Below are positions 62,961 through 64,000 of a DNA stretch of 64,000 nucleotides, in pieces. Source of the DNA: Octopus bimaculoides. Lineage: Eukaryota. The position numbers were made by a program, and so were the translations under genes. The notes under the pieces were generated by a model. It saw nothing but the letters and a program-made list of their open reading frames with translations. It ran no database searches and was not told where the DNA came from. The stretch lies in the NCBI RefSeq assembly GCF_001194135.2, contig NC_068997.1, positions 5,818,145 to 5,882,144 of the forward strand. Reading direction: 5' to 3'. The stretch's first letter is position 1. Each line of letters begins with the position of its first letter.

Positions 62961-64000
62961 TATCGTTATTCTAAATTCTATTTATTATATATTTTTTAAA
63001 GTTTATATGAATTGAAAAAAAATATCCATAATAGAATATGTGACTGTGTGGGTGGTTGCATATATCAATTTGTCTACTGTTAATGAAATGAATTTTATTC
63101 TCGTGCTTTAAAAAATTTACAGCAATTTTGAGATGAGAATGTTTTAGCTAATTGGTAGGGGGTGGAGGACAGGAGGTGCAGTGGTAGATGTCAAATATTT
63201 GTTGAAAAAACATTTCTAAATTGTAAGAAATAAGTTTTTTTTTTTACTTTTAATTTTTCATGTAGCAGAAAGCTAATTCTGGAGAATGCAGATAGGTGGT
63301 AGGGGAGTTCATGAAGCACTCTCATCATCTCATCCTCATCCACTCCTCCTCTTCTTCCTCTTTCTTTCATCCCTCCTCCTCTGCCTCATCTGCTATCTCT
63401 TCTTCCTCCTTCATCACCCCCTCATACTTGGTTGATCATTTTATTTTATTTATTTATCCTGGAAAAAGGACACAATCACCTTATGGTACCTTTATGCTGC
63501 TAAGTAGTCTGGGCTTTAGAGAGTTAAGTGTTAAATGAATACAATATGAAGTCTTGATTCTTCTACTTAAATATATGAATATATATAATGATGTATATAT
63601 ATATGATGTGTTTATGTGTCTATATATATGTCTGTGTGTGTGTGTATATATATGCACACACACACATACATACATAGACACATATTTCTCTACTCATTCT
63701 TATGCATATTTAAATGTCTGTATGTGTGTTGTGTATCATTATCATCTAAAAAATTATCTATATGTGCAAGCATAAACATAAACATACTCTTTTCACCCAA
63801 ATATATATGTATATAATTGTGTGTGTGTGTGTGTAGAAATGATGATGATATATTACATGATCTCTATCAGTTGATCTCTTGGCAAGCAGCTTTGAAAAAA
63901 GGAACCTGAGGGAGAGAGAGAGACAGGGATGAGGAAAGAGATAATAAAGGATGATAAGGAGGGGAGTTCTGACAAAAGATTATAAAATAGAATAAAACAT

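Noticed and set aside
63490-63513. 24-nt minus-strand microexon candidate (PRLLSSIK)
   Set aside because: Moderate donor and no supporting neighbours; within chance expectation.

Overview
AT-rich, repeat-saturated eukaryotic DNA with three N-gaps. The SINE, RTE, mariner and MITE families match those I recall from coleoid cephalopod (Octopus) genomes; this is an inference, not a database result. I cannot identify any protein-coding gene or intact RNA gene, and the ORF track is almost entirely microsatellite, low-complexity or transposon-derived. The window is most likely intronic or intergenic. It contains several tRNA-derived SINE families with exchangeable 3' tails, a 5'-truncated RTE LINE plus many RTE 3' ends, three decayed mariner pieces, piggyBac-like and Tc1-like MITEs, a non-autonomous Helitron-like element, Tx1-like and Penelope-like relics, minisatellites, and a few unverified small-exon candidates. 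Three signals stand out. (1) At 3182-3622 a tRNA-headed SINE carrying a minimal hammerhead ribozyme sits as a head-to-head palindrome inside one 12-bp direct repeat. (2) Two more unrelated minimal hammerhead motifs lie at 39993-40030 and 41531-41575, the latter with a compensatory U3-A8 core. (3) At 23363-23666 a CpG-rich island almost entirely folds back on itself and is bounded by an 11-bp direct repeat.
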